From the IMG/VR virus record IMGVR_UViG_3300027571_000023, positions 1-41,825 of that record: 41,825 nt of DNA. One strand, 5' to 3'. Numbering within the stretch: position 1 is the stretch's first letter; each line of letters starts with the position of its first letter. Shown here one piece after another: positions 27,423 through 37,550 of the stretch. The position numbers were made by a program, and so were the translations under genes. The notes below the pieces were generated by a model. That model ran no database searches. It had not been told where the DNA came from and was given only the letters and a program-made list of their open reading frames with translations. This stretch comes from a virus. Its lineage: Duplodnaviria > Caudoviricetes.

Positions 27423-30400
27423 GAATTACCTCTCCTCTTGGCTGCGTCTTCATATTTTTCTTTGTCCGTCAAATCGGTAATCGCCTCGCCGATGCTTTCA
27501 GTTTGATTTCCAAGCCCATTAAAAGCATCGCCCACCTGATCTATAACCGACCTAAGCATATTCTGATTACTTGACAATCCGAAACCTTCCGCCCTCAGTG
27601 CTTTCTGATGCTCAATCCAAGCAGGTGTTTTAGCTCTTGAAGCACGGAGGGCCTCTGCTACGAGAGGGTTCTCTATATCCACCCTAGAGTCTTCAAGGTT
27701 TACCGCATCATACAGCAAAGTCGCCTCTGAAGTAGTTCCCTTACAGGAACACATCGCTTGATTACCTAAGTTAGGTCGGATCTCCGCTAACGTCTTAGGT
27801 ACATTCTGGATGACCTGCTCGTCTGACCTTGTCATCATCGCGTTAGCCAGAGTTTGGAAGTTAAAGCCTCCTGTGGGATCTTTAGACTCATCGTCTAAGT
27901 CTAGGCCGTATGCTTTATAGTACCTCTGAACGACTTCAACACCTTGTGTACTGTAGATCTCAGAGATGCGGTTAAGGATTCTTCTCTTATACTCTTTTTG
28001 AAAAGACTCAGGGCTATCAAAGTCCCCTAGACTATCTCTTAGATCCTTTAACTGTTGTTGTGTGAAAATCTTGGAAGGGTCTTGTCTTAACAGTGCATCA
28101 AAAAGAGTTTTTCTCGCAGGAGAGAGCCCTCTACCATATTGGTATGCCCCAAACACCTCGTAACCTCGGTCGTCAGAGACAGGGAATATTGGAGAGATCA
28201 TCTTGCCGTTCTTGAACTCTCTAATCTTCTCTTTCCTCGAAGTGCCACGATAAAAAGCTCCCTTGATATTCGGTCGGAATACCTTCTGAGCCTTTGAGAG
28301 AAGAGCACTTATCCTTGCGGATCTTGCCCTCTCTGTTGAACCCCATTCTCTATATAGATCGTCAAAGTCTCGGCCTAATGCGTTGAACAACTGAACATAG
28401 AGTTCCGAGGCTAAAATCCTCGCGAAGACTGTCTTATTAGTCACGTTAGGGATTGCGGCGGATAGTTTTTTTGTGTCTCCCAAAACGGAAGCTTGAAAAT
28501 AGAAATCCGATGGGTACAAGGCTGGGATTCTCTGTCGAGACTTAAAAACACTCTTCTTCAACTGACCTAATGTTAAAGAAGGCTTATAGGCTCTAGCAAT
28601 CGTCCGACTCAGGACTGCCACTACATTATTCTTGAAAGCATTTCCGTAATTGCCACCCCTCTCCCATCTAGAGGGGTCAAAGGTCAAACCTACTTCAACC
28701 TCTCGCTCGACTAACGTCTGGTTTATTTGGAACGTTAAAGTCTTGATGTCCTTAGTAGGAACATACCCAAACCCTGATGTGTACAGAGTCCTTGTGTTGA
28801 GACCTGCAACAACAGCACCTCGCTTCTGGCTAAAGACCACATTGTCTTTCCCATTGAGAGGGTCTGATTCCACCATGTTAATGTCTGTAGGGTCTGCTAT
28901 CCCTGGCGGATCAATCCTTAACTCAGGAGTCTCTCCTGCACTGTCTGGGTTTATTGTAGGAATCGAAGGGCCTTGATGCTCTCGGCTCGGGTGGGAAGAT
29001 GAGTAATACCTGTAGTAACCTGGAAGGTGTGGTGCAAAGCTGTTCTTCTTATTCTCTAACAATCTCAATAAGTTAGAGGTGTTTATCTGTCCATCTTCGA
29101 CCTCTTGACCCTTCGCTTTCCGAATAGCTAAGATAAGGTCGTAAACCGTAAAAGAAGCCTGAGCACCTCCTTGGGTTGTTAAAGAATCAATGGCTTCTTC
29201 CAATCGGAGCTCAGCTTCTCTAATAATCTTAAGCCTTTCCTTCTCGTTGGTACTAGAATACTTACCTTTGCCCGCGAGCTTCGCTGCTTTCTCCTCGGCT
29301 TTGACTTTCTGGTAAGTCGCCCCCTCTAGAGCGGACTCCCCTAGAATAATCGACTTAGATCCAGCTTGACCTCGAGAAATCTTGGACGTGCGAACACGCT
29401 TACCTTGCTTGGTTAAGTAAGGTGTTCCCTCTTTCTCCAAGCCTAACGACCCTTCTTGGTCACCTATCTTCACAATCCACGGGCCACTAAAAAGATCCCC
29501 TCCCGCACCTGTCTTGATGACCCCATACCTCTTACCTTCAATAAGGAGCATATTCCTGTATGCTTGCCTAGTCTCTGTCCCTAGACGACCCATAGATTGG
29601 TAGTCTACAGAGAATGTTAAAAACCCTGGATCCATTTTAAAGGGATCTAGAGCCATAACAACATTAGGGAAACCCACGATCTTCTTAGTGACGACCTTCT
29701 CATTGTTAAGGTTCGTCCTTGAGTTCGTTGTATATATGTATTTCTCAGGTAATGAAGTGTCCCCTAAGTCAACAGCCTGAGCTGGGTCTTCAGAGTATTT
29801 TTTATCTGTGCGACCTGGAGGTATGAACTTCTTCCTCTGAGCTGTCAAAGTGAGACTAGTAGTACACTCACCTCCGTAAGAGAAATTGTGGCTCAAAGCC
29901 TCGACATAGTAGAAGCAATCATTCTCCTCAATGTACACAGGATATCCTGGTTTGAGCTCTGCCCTCAAGGGGATAGAGACACTACACCCCTCTGTCGCTT
30001 TATTGGCATTGTCTAACGCCACCACACCCGCGTAAAAAGCCTTCCTCGCGGAGTTGTAGAAGCTGGTGTCAAAGGAAAGCTGTTTCCAGCCGTACTTCGC
30101 CACAAGTTTATAGTCCACATACATCCCCTTGACGCCCCACTCCCCTTCTAGATTAGTTCCCTTGAGGTTTCTAAAAGGCCCTCCAGAACAGATTACATAA
30201 GTGTACTCTGGCTCATTGTGTTCGTAACTAATACTCAACGTATCTTCCCGATTGATTCTATAGACCCTGTCATTACTAGTGTCCATGTTGTACATCGGAG
30301 GCTTGAATATAAGATCGCCGTCTAGATCTTGATAGAACTCGTACCCTATTTTCTCTGACACTTGGTTAGCGAGACTCATCTTGCTTGTGAACTGAGACTC

Positions 30401-31543
30401 GTAAAAACTGACTTGTCCTAGAGAGCCTATATCTGTGATGAACTCTTGCAAAGAGAGAACATTGACAGCGTCTTCTTTCTCTCCCAATATGGAAGGCAGT
30501 TGACGAACGTCTAAAGTCCTTAATACTCGACCTTGAGGGTCTTGAGCTATGAACCCTGCTTTCATCATGTTTGACAAAGCGGAACTTGAGTTTCTTTTTG
30601 ACACGGTGTGGGGCTTGAGTTGCCTTTTAACAACCTTCTTATATTCGTTGTCCCTACCAGCAGGTGTATTGTCTACGAGAATAGACTGCTCAAAAGTGGT
30701 GTATGCACGACCCGACGCACCAAACATCTTTAACCCATATAGTCCGTTGCTAAATCGGTTCTCCAAGTACCTCAAATAGAGCGAGTAGAACTGCTGTCCT
30801 GTGGCGATTTTACCTGTAAGATTCGTCTTCTGCTGGAGGACAAAGTTCGTACCCTCAGGTGAACCACCCGTATCTCGAAAAAGGTCGTATATAATCTGAT
30901 GTGGGGTCATGTTGGTATAAACATGACCCATGAGGTTGACTGAGCCTCTCGCTTCTTTGGGGTTAGCCGCAAAGAAGCCTTGCTGGGTGTTAATCATTTG
31001 ACTATCCCAGAGACTCAACATGTTTCCTGTGCCTATAGAGACCTGATAGGCATTGTCATTGAGGGTGATGGACACGCCTTTAATAAAACCATGAAAGACA
31101 GGGTAGTAAGGACGATTTTGAATCTTGTTGAGATCCACGTTGTGTCTCTCTGTAGAACCGTCTTCTTTTGTATCAAAGAGCTCTACTACATCGTTTTTCA
31201 AAGAGAGCTGGTCTGTTTTGAAAAATCCTCGGTAGTAAACATTGACCTCGATGCCTGTCGTTAAAATGAACTTGCCATCCCTATAGACCACATCACCAAA
31301 AGACTTCGGTATGATCAAGTCAATGCTACAGCTCGCTGAAGAGGACTTTATCCCACTACCTATATTCACGGAGGTTATGAAAGAAGAGAAATCTATGCGA
31401 TTCTTGCACTCTGGACACCCTGGTAGGGTCGTGTCGCCATTAAATTGTACAATCGCATCGGGAGTCCAAGACACCACCGTCCTGTACTTATTCTGAATGT
31501 CTTCAGACCATGTACCAGAATAAGGTCTTTCATCAGTCTTCAT
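27419..31543 (-). CDS. Baseplate hub protein (T4 gp27 / Mu gp44 / P2 gpD-like) with long C-terminal extension
   Basis: Motifs 'FITSVNI...ASCSIDL', 'PVFHGFIKGVS', 'YEFYQDLDGDLIFKPP' and 'ELKPGYPVYI...YYVEALSHNFS...TTSLTL' are typical of hub proteins. Lies between the tube-initiator-like genes and the spike. Confidence 0.75.
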   Translation of the reverse strand: MKTDERPYSGTWSEDIQNKYRTVVSWTPDAIVQFNGDTTLPGCPECKNRIDFSSFITSVNIGSGIKSSSASCSIDLIIPKSFGDVVYRDGKFILTTGIEVNVYYRGFFKTDQLSLKNDVVELFDTKEDGSTERHNVDLNKIQNRPYYPVFHGFIKGVSITLNDNAYQVSIGTGNMLSLWDSQMINTQQGFFAANPKEARGSVNLMGHVYTNMTPHQIIYDLFRDTGGSPEGTNFVLQQKTNLTGKIATGQQFYSLYLRYLENRFSNGLYGLKMFGASGRAYTTFEQSILVDNTPAGRDNEYKKVVKRQLKPHTVSKRNSSSALSNMMKAGFIAQDPQGRVLRTLDVRQLPSILGEKEDAVNVLSLQEFITDIGSLGQVSFYESQFTSKMSLANQVSEKIGYEFYQDLDGDLIFKPPMYNMDTSNDRVYRINREDTLSISYEHNEPEYTYVICSGGPFRNLKGTNLEGEWGVKGMYVDYKLVAKYGWKQLSFDTSFYNSARKAFYAGVVALDNANKATEGCSVSIPLRAELKPGYPVYIEENDCFYYVEALSHNFSYGGECTTSLTLTAQRKKFIPPGRTDKKYSEDPAQAVDLGDTSLPEKYIYTTNSRTNLNNEKVVTKKIVGFPNVVMALDPFKMDPGFLTFSVDYQSMGRLGTETRQAYRNMLLIEGKRYGVIKTGAGGDLFSGPWIVKIGDQEGSLGLEKEGTPYLTKQGKRVRTSKISRGQAGSKSIILGESALEGATYQKVKAEEKAAKLAGKGKYSSTNEKERLKIIREAELRLEEAIDSLTTQGGAQASFTVYDLILAIRKAKGQEVEDGQINTSNLLRLLENKKNSFAPHLPGYYRYYSSSHPSREHQGPSIPTINPDSAGETPELRIDPPGIADPTDINMVESDPLNGKDNVVFSQKRGAVVAGLNTRTLYTSGFGYVPTKDIKTLTFQINQTLVEREVEVGLTFDPSRWERGGNYGNAFKNNVVAVLSRTIARAYKPSLTLGQLKKSVFKSRQRIPALYPSDFYFQASVLGDTKKLSAAIPNVTNKTVFARILASELYVQLFNALGRDFDDLYREWGSTERARSARISALLSKAQKVFRPNIKGAFYRGTSRKEKIREFKNGKMISPIFPVSDDRGYEVFGAYQYGRGLSPARKTLFDALLRQDPSKIFTQQQLKDLRDSLGDFDSPESFQKEYKRRILNRISEIYSTQGVEVVQRYYKAYGLDLDDESKDPTGGFNFQTLANAMMTRSDEQVIQNVPKTLAEIRPNLGNQAMCSCKGTTSEATLLYDAVNLEDSRVDIENPLVAEALRASRAKTPAWIEHQKALRAEGFGLSSNQNMLRSVIDQVGDAFNGLGNQTESIGEAITDLTDKEKYEDAAKRRGNS

Positions 31544-32496
31544 GATGGAGCTCCTGTATTACCAAAGCTAGTAGAAGGCTTAAACATAGGGTAAAGAACA
31601 CTCTTCGCTTCAAAGTCTTGTTGGAAGTGTTTATACACCTCAAAGCTCATACTGAACTCGATACCTCCGTTTTGAGTGTCTTCTCCGAGAGAGAAGCTTA
31701 AGTCCTTAATCCTACCCACCCACCTCTGACCATCATAGTAAATACTATGTGTGCCGACATCGTGATTGGCTCTCGATCTACCTAGAACATCATGGATAGC
31801 CGCACCATTGCGATACGAAGCTAGAATGTTCATAAGTTGCCTCCATCCCGCACTGTCCCTTCTCGATGCGAACTGTAAACCAGACACACCTTTAAGATTG
31901 CCCTTCTGATCAGGGATCTCTCTTTGAGCCCTGCCTGAGATGAAAGATCCTATCTTGCACTGAATGTCTATAGTGGTCAGTTGCTCCCCCCACCTATAGA
32001 ACACAAACCCATAGCGGGTTGATTCTGAGTAGTTTTGAATACTCTCATATTTGAATGCCATTGAGAGCGGGTTTATTAAGAACACGATGGGTGGCGTATT
32101 CTTCATCTGAAGGTGCTGGCTCGCAATAGACACAAGCTGATCTTTGTCAGAGAAGCCCGCTTGATCTCGTAACTCAAGACCACTTACGGAACTCCTGATT
32201 GGACTCTTCGAGTAGGTAGGTAATCGAGGGCTGTACTTCAAGTCGTCATAGTTTCGTTCTGCAGCTATGCCATAAGAAGACCTCCTTTGACCTTGGAAGG
32301 GCTTCGCCTCTTTCGTGGTCAGGTAGTCTCCCATATCGGGAGGGTCGAGAGCCAAGACAAAAGGAGACATCGACCTGAGATGTTGTTGGTTGGCGGGATC
32401 TAAAGGTATTGTCCCCTCATTGTCTTCGGGGAAAAGAAAGAACTCTTCTGTCGTAGCCAGCTTGAGAAAAGGCTTTGTGTCAATTGTGGCTTTCAT
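31540..32496 (-). CDS. Tube-like baseplate protein / tail tube initiator (T4 gp48/gp54, P2 gpU class), paralog 2
   Basis: Motifs 'FLINPLSM...Y...T.YGFVFYRWGEQLTTIDI' and 'WVGRIKDLSFS...FSMSFEV'. Similar to 32493-33101. Canonical position after the tape measure gene. Confidence 0.6.
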   Translation of the reverse strand: MKATIDTKPFLKLATTEEFFLFPEDNEGTIPLDPANQQHLRSMSPFVLALDPPDMGDYLTTKEAKPFQGQRRSSYGIAAERNYDDLKYSPRLPTYSKSPIRSSVSGLELRDQAGFSDKDQLVSIASQHLQMKNTPPIVFLINPLSMAFKYESIQNYSESTRYGFVFYRWGEQLTTIDIQCKIGSFISGRAQREIPDQKGNLKGVSGLQFASRRDSAGWRQLMNILASYRNGAAIHDVLGRSRANHDVGTHSIYYDGQRWVGRIKDLSFSLGEDTQNGGIEFSMSFEVYKHFQQDFEAKSVLYPMFKPSTSFGNTGAPS

Positions 32497-33101
32497 CCAA
32501 ACCTCCCGTTTATAGATTGACTCCGAACCCCATGAAACTCACGCTCTACTTGCATCGCTAAGCTTACCTTGAATTGATAAGGGCCAGACGCGTCGTCGGT
32601 CACAGAGAAACTCTGAAACCACCCAAACCAAGTACCCCCATCAAAGGTCATCTTGATTTTACCTTGCAATACAATCTGACCAATACTGTCATAGATAGAC
32701 CCGTTGTTGTGGAACATAGCTAGGACATCTAGGTACTTGTCATAGGAGATCGTATCCCTTCTCGTACCGCCTATATTCGCTCCACCATTTTCAAGTCCGA
32801 CAGGCCCTGTCACTGCGGAAAGACCCGTGAAGGGGCGGATAAAAGCACCTGAAGAGGCTTCGAAGCTGACTGTGGTTGGCTCATCACCCCAATAGTATTC
32901 CACAAATCCATGAAGGGTCTTAGATATAGACCTTTGTTTAGAGTACTTGTACTCTATCTGATTTGGGTTAGCATGAAGAGTCATTTTGAGACCGTCTGGG
33001 AGTAGAGAAGTCACACCATCAGGAGCGACAATGTCGAATACAAAAGGTCTGATACCCAGCTTCGCGTCTCCGATATCTCTAGTTATAGGAGACCTGATCA
33101 T
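32493..33101 (-). CDS. Tube-like baseplate protein / tail tube initiator, paralog 1
   Basis: Motifs 'LHANPNQIEYKYSK...TLHGFVEYYWGDEPTTVSF' and 'WFGWFQSFSVTDDA..PYQF'. ATGA overlap with the tape measure gene. Confidence 0.6.
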   Translation of the reverse strand: MIRSPITRDIGDAKLGIRPFVFDIVAPDGVTSLLPDGLKMTLHANPNQIEYKYSKQRSISKTLHGFVEYYWGDEPTTVSFEASSGAFIRPFTGLSAVTGPVGLENGGANIGGTRRDTISYDKYLDVLAMFHNNGSIYDSIGQIVLQGKIKMTFDGGTWFGWFQSFSVTDDASGPYQFKVSLAMQVEREFHGVRSQSINGRFG

Positions 33102-36100
33102 TTAGCACCTCCCCTTATTCTCTTGTTGAGATTCTCCATCTCTCTCATCACAATGCGACCTACGGCTTCGGGATCTCCAGCACCGTTAACATTAATCGTG
33201 GCGTTTATAGTGCCTCCCCCTAGCTGACTCACAGCCCCTCCAGGCTTCATGGCTAAGATGTCATCCTTCTGGTCAAATCGGTACATCTTCCCATTTGTGA
33301 AGAGGCCATCGTTAATATTCTCTACCTTGATCCCTAGCTCTCGGAGAATCTGTTTTTCATAACCATACCCCATCAGTTGCTCAGAAGTGAGACCTTTCTG
33401 ATTTATCTTCTCGGCGATAGTACTCGCACCTGCATCAGCTCCATAGTTTACACCTAGTGCAGTAGCGAGAGAACTGAGCTTGTCTTTCTTCTCTGCATTT
33501 ACGATCTCTTCAGCGAGGTGGGTGTTGTTTTTCTCTTTAGCTCTCTTGACGGTGGAGTCTTGAGCCTTTGCCTTTTCTTGTTCCACTGCCTCTTTCTTTT
33601 GCTTCTGAGAGTCAACGGAATATTCTAAGGCTTTAATTTGCCTATCAAGCTTTTTAGTTTGCTCGTCGAGGGATTTAAAAACGGCGGATTTATCCCCTCG
33701 AGTCGATTCGGAATCCTCACCACTCTCGAAATATTGGCGGGCTTCACTAGGATTATCCCCTTTTTTATATATCCTTGCCCCTGAGACGTTATACCCTTCT
33801 TTTTTAAAGTAGTCCATCTCTACTCGGCCTTTTGAAGCTTTCAGGGCATCGGGCAAACTCTCGTGAGAAGTACCATATTTGGTGTTAAAACCTTTAAGTA
33901 ATCTTTCAGACTCAGTGGCGTGTTTATCGTATGCCGTCCCCTTGAGAGCACCTCTACTTTGCAGGTCTTCTGTTGTTGTTCTAAGTGCCGACTTCCTGAT
34001 TTCTTCCTTTGACACTGTTTGAGTCATACCTAATAAAGTGGGGGTGTGAGTGCTTTTATTCACATTACTTAATGAAGTCTTCAGTGCTACTTTCAGATCT
34101 TCTTGTTCCTTAATATCTTTCTCTAAAGTAGAAATCTGAGTCTTAATCTTTTTCTTCTCTTTCGGACTAGCCACTTTAAGAGACATCTGAGCCTTTAGGA
34201 GTTCGGATCTCTTCCCCCCAAGCAAGTCGCGGTTCTTACCTAGTTTACTTTCTAAGTCTCTCCGAACTACTGCCTTGTTTGCTTTTGTCTCCTCGGTCTC
34301 ACTCCTCCCGAAGAAATAGTTGACCATGTCCATGATACCGCCAGAGATATCCATCAAGATCTCGCCCAGATACTTGTTGATGCGATCTGCAAGGCTGACC
34401 GTGGCAACTATATTCTGAGACAAAAGCTGTTCCTGTGAGAGAGCACTATCCTTCGTTTTGTCTATCGACTCACTCTGGGCAAGTATGAAGGCCGCTATAT
34501 CCTTGACCTCAATGTCTGTATCCTTCGTTAGAAGTTTCCCCCCCTTGACCTTTAACCCCATAGCTGAAAGCTTCTGCTCTTCTTCCTTGGTCAAGGATCC
34601 TTTAGCCGCCATATCTTGTGAGGCTCGAAACTGACCCTTAAAGGTATCTTGCATACGACCAAATTCCTCTACTTGGACTTTAGTGAGATCCGTGAACGCC
34701 ATCATAGCTTTCTTTTGAATGTCACTCATATCACTTACGTCTCTGCCTCCTAAGTGAGTCTCCAATCTAGCATACTGCATCGCAAGGCCTGCTCCTGCAC
34801 CCATCGAGTCAAACGCCCTCGAGCGATCCGTCCTCGACGCACCCTTCGAAGACCCGCGAACTACATCAAAAGACTTTGCAAGTTCTATCCCAAGACCCGC
34901 AGTATCTTGGTCAAGAGCCAACTCACCAAGCAACGCCTGGCGATTTTCTGTACTCATTTTCTGCATAGAAGCGACCAGAGCTTTATTGTCCCCTGTATCG
35001 AGACCTGCTTTCGCTAGTATCCCCATGCCCTTCTCACTAGCACCAAAAGTAGATCGTATATTGGAGGCTGACCTCTGTGCCTCTGCTTCGAGAATATCCT
35101 TTGTCTTCCCCTTATCCGTGAGCATCTGTCTTTTGATTTGATCAAGGTAATCTTCTCCCTTGAGAGAAGCAGTCCCTGAAAGAAGACCAGAGACACCATC
35201 AGGGCCTACAACTCTACCGAGGCGAATAAAGAGTGCTCCCGCTTCCTTAGTTCTTAGGTTCATATTGTCCAACTCATCAGTCAGACCCTTTACCTTCGTA
35301 TAGAAGTTAGCTGTAGAGTAGCCTGTCTGAACTGCCATGTCTCTGATGTCCCCGAAGTCGGAAACCATTGATTTTAAGAAAGCACCGTCTTTCACAGAGA
35401 CACCTATCTCATAAGCAAAGCTCTCTGCTCGAGTAACCGCATCATCCATAGAGATGCCTAGCCGAAGACTCTCTGTTTTAATATCTTTCATTGCTTTCCG
35501 AGTGAGTTCAAGACCGCTATTCCCTCCACCCAAAGCTCTCATCCCTAAGTTTGCTTCATTTAACGACCCCCCAAGTTTTTCCAAGTCATCGCTTGTCATC
35601 CCCAGCTCGTCAAGAAAGCTACCATCCGTGAACAGGCTTCTGAGAGTCTTGAACTTGTCTTGTACTCCTTCTCCAGACACCGCCATCAAGTCTGTGTAGG
35701 AGACAGAGGTGAGTATCGACTTATTCATGTCTTTGACCGCACCCTCAGCCATTGAGAACAGACTAACAAGAATGGTGACACTACCACCTACTACAGCGAG
35801 AGTCTTTGCGAGACCTCCCAGAGACTTCGCCATCTGCATAAAGCCCGAAGCTTTTCCAGGATCTTCCTCTGACCTAGCCTTCTCATCGAAAGATGCCGCC
35901 CTCTTGTGGAAGAACTTGGTAAGCTTGCCTGTGACCCCCTCAGTTAGACCCTCAAGACTAGAGACACCTTCCTTAAGAGCATCTGCACTACTCTTGATGC
36001 TACCTAACATAACCTCCTGAGCAATATAGCCTGCCTTCCCTAACTCTTCTACCTTCTCTCTCCTAGTCTTCAAGTCTTGAGTGAAGATCTCATTCGATTT

Positions 36101-36493
36101 CTCAAGAGCCTTGTTGTAAGACTCTATCTCTTTTGCAGACTCTCTTGACCTCTTCATGATATCAGAAACTACAGAGCTGAGACGTGAAGCCTCCGCTTGG
36201 GCTATCTTCATCTCTGCTTCATTACCTGTCCGCAGAGCTTTCTGTACCTTCGCCTGAGCTTTTAACAGTCCTTTTGTAGACAGAGACAACTGCCGTTCAA
36301 GACCAGAGGCAAATCCCGCAAGCATCTTCTGCTGTGCGGCGTTGTTTCGACCTGTGGCCTTCTCCTCATCTTTACGGATCTTTTTAGAGACTTCAAGAGC
36401 CTCCTGCATAGAGTCTAGAGAGGTTTTGAAGACATCAATTCTTGCACTCTTCGCGAGTTGTGCAAACATCTTGTCCATAGCGGCTTGATTCAT
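33098..36493 (-). CDS. Tail tape measure protein
   Basis: 1131 aa, helical and A/K/E/S/G/M-rich, with a hydrophobic segment 'LAVVGGSVTILVSLF'. C-terminal 'TINVNGAGDPEAVGRIV' pattern. Lies downstream of the tube and two chaperone-like genes. Confidence 0.8.
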   Translation of the reverse strand: MNQAAMDKMFAQLAKSARIDVFKTSLDSMQEALEVSKKIRKDEEKATGRNNAAQQKMLAGFASGLERQLSLSTKGLLKAQAKVQKALRTGNEAEMKIAQAEASRLSSVVSDIMKRSRESAKEIESYNKALEKSNEIFTQDLKTRREKVEELGKAGYIAQEVMLGSIKSSADALKEGVSSLEGLTEGVTGKLTKFFHKRAASFDEKARSEEDPGKASGFMQMAKSLGGLAKTLAVVGGSVTILVSLFSMAEGAVKDMNKSILTSVSYTDLMAVSGEGVQDKFKTLRSLFTDGSFLDELGMTSDDLEKLGGSLNEANLGMRALGGGNSGLELTRKAMKDIKTESLRLGISMDDAVTRAESFAYEIGVSVKDGAFLKSMVSDFGDIRDMAVQTGYSTANFYTKVKGLTDELDNMNLRTKEAGALFIRLGRVVGPDGVSGLLSGTASLKGEDYLDQIKRQMLTDKGKTKDILEAEAQRSASNIRSTFGASEKGMGILAKAGLDTGDNKALVASMQKMSTENRQALLGELALDQDTAGLGIELAKSFDVVRGSSKGASRTDRSRAFDSMGAGAGLAMQYARLETHLGGRDVSDMSDIQKKAMMAFTDLTKVQVEEFGRMQDTFKGQFRASQDMAAKGSLTKEEEQKLSAMGLKVKGGKLLTKDTDIEVKDIAAFILAQSESIDKTKDSALSQEQLLSQNIVATVSLADRINKYLGEILMDISGGIMDMVNYFFGRSETEETKANKAVVRRDLESKLGKNRDLLGGKRSELLKAQMSLKVASPKEKKKIKTQISTLEKDIKEQEDLKVALKTSLSNVNKSTHTPTLLGMTQTVSKEEIRKSALRTTTEDLQSRGALKGTAYDKHATESERLLKGFNTKYGTSHESLPDALKASKGRVEMDYFKKEGYNVSGARIYKKGDNPSEARQYFESGEDSESTRGDKSAVFKSLDEQTKKLDRQIKALEYSVDSQKQKKEAVEQEKAKAQDSTVKRAKEKNNTHLAEEIVNAEKKDKLSSLATALGVNYGADAGASTIAEKINQKGLTSEQLMGYGYEKQILRELGIKVENINDGLFTNGKMYRFDQKDDILAMKPGGAVSQLGGGTINATINVNGAGDPEAVGRIVMREMENLNKRIRGGAK

Positions 36494-36497
36494 TTTA

Positions 36498-37550
36498 CTA
36501 CCCCTCTATTGTTGGCAACTTCCTTTTCGCCACCTGATCCATTAAAGACGATTTGTCTCGAATAAGCTCGCGAGCTGTCAGGTACTTATCCGAGATGATC
36601 TCGTCATAGTCCCCACTCTCGTCGAACATAACTGTGTTACGGTTGCCTGAAGCAACCATCTTCTCGATCTCATCATCTGAATAGGCTTTCAAAGGCGTAT
36701 TCATAGATAAACTATTTAGCTCATCAAAGCTCGAAGCCATGTCTTCAGAATCACTCTTCTGCCTAGAGACAACCTTCCGCCCGTTTGAGATAAACCTAGT
36801 AAGGTTTTCTTTATACTCTCGGACAATCTTGTCATGCCCATCTTCAACCCCATCTACCCAATTCCGATACTCAGTTTGAAGATCCTGAATCGTTTTCTCT
36901 CCACTTTGGTCTCTAGTCGAAGTCTCCCCCTTCTCTGCGAGCTTTAAAACCTTCTCTCTATGCCTCTTCTCTTGCCCACGCTTCTTATCCCATTCCTTCT
37001 GGATCTTCTCGACACCTTTAGGATTCATAGCGGATGCTTGGAAAAAAGCCCTTCTCCAAGCATCTTCTAAGTCTTCTTTCTTGTCTTCGAGCTCATTGAA
37101 GGCGATCCACTGTAAGTGTATGTCCGTAAGCTCATTACCCTCCAGAGGGAAGCCAAACCTAGAAGAGGACTTCCACTTGCCCCAGAGGTATCTAGAATTC
37201 TCGGAGTAGCAAAAAGCCTCAAACATCTCAGCCGACTTCTGAGTCTCCTCTACAACCTTCCAGAAATGGGGCATCGCCCTCTTCTTGAGTCGGGGGAGTG
37301 ACTTTAGGTGGTTGTAGAGCTTATACCTGTCTTTTTCAGAGACCTTGAAGCCGCCTACCCGTGTAAGACAACAGGCGAGAAGAAATGTCTCTTGCTCTGA
37401 GAGAGACGCACTATATCTCAAGCACCCTTGATAGTCAGAGGCGGTAGGTGTCCTAAAAGACAAGGCTCTGCCTCTACAGGTTAAAACAAGCCCCTCCCCC
37501 CCAGAGCTTATGAACCTATAGAGGGGCTCATAGTACTTCGGTTGGCTCAT
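36498..37550 (-). CDS. Putative tail assembly chaperone 2
   Basis: Immediately upstream of the tape measure gene. N-terminal 'LSFRTPTASD...LLACCLTRVGG' resembles the preceding chaperone. Charged coiled-coil C-terminus. Confidence 0.5.
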   Translation of the reverse strand: MSQPKYYEPLYRFISSGGEGLVLTCRGRALSFRTPTASDYQGCLRYSASLSEQETFLLACCLTRVGGFKVSEKDRYKLYNHLKSLPRLKKRAMPHFWKVVEETQKSAEMFEAFCYSENSRYLWGKWKSSSRFGFPLEGNELTDIHLQWIAFNELEDKKEDLEDAWRRAFFQASAMNPKGVEKIQKEWDKKRGQEKRHREKVLKLAEKGETSTRDQSGEKTIQDLQTEYRNWVDGVEDGHDKIVREYKENLTRFISNGRKVVSRQKSDSEDMASSFDELNSLSMNTPLKAYSDDEIEKMVASGNRNTVMFDESGDYDEIISDKYLTARELIRDKSSLMDQVAKRKLPTIEG

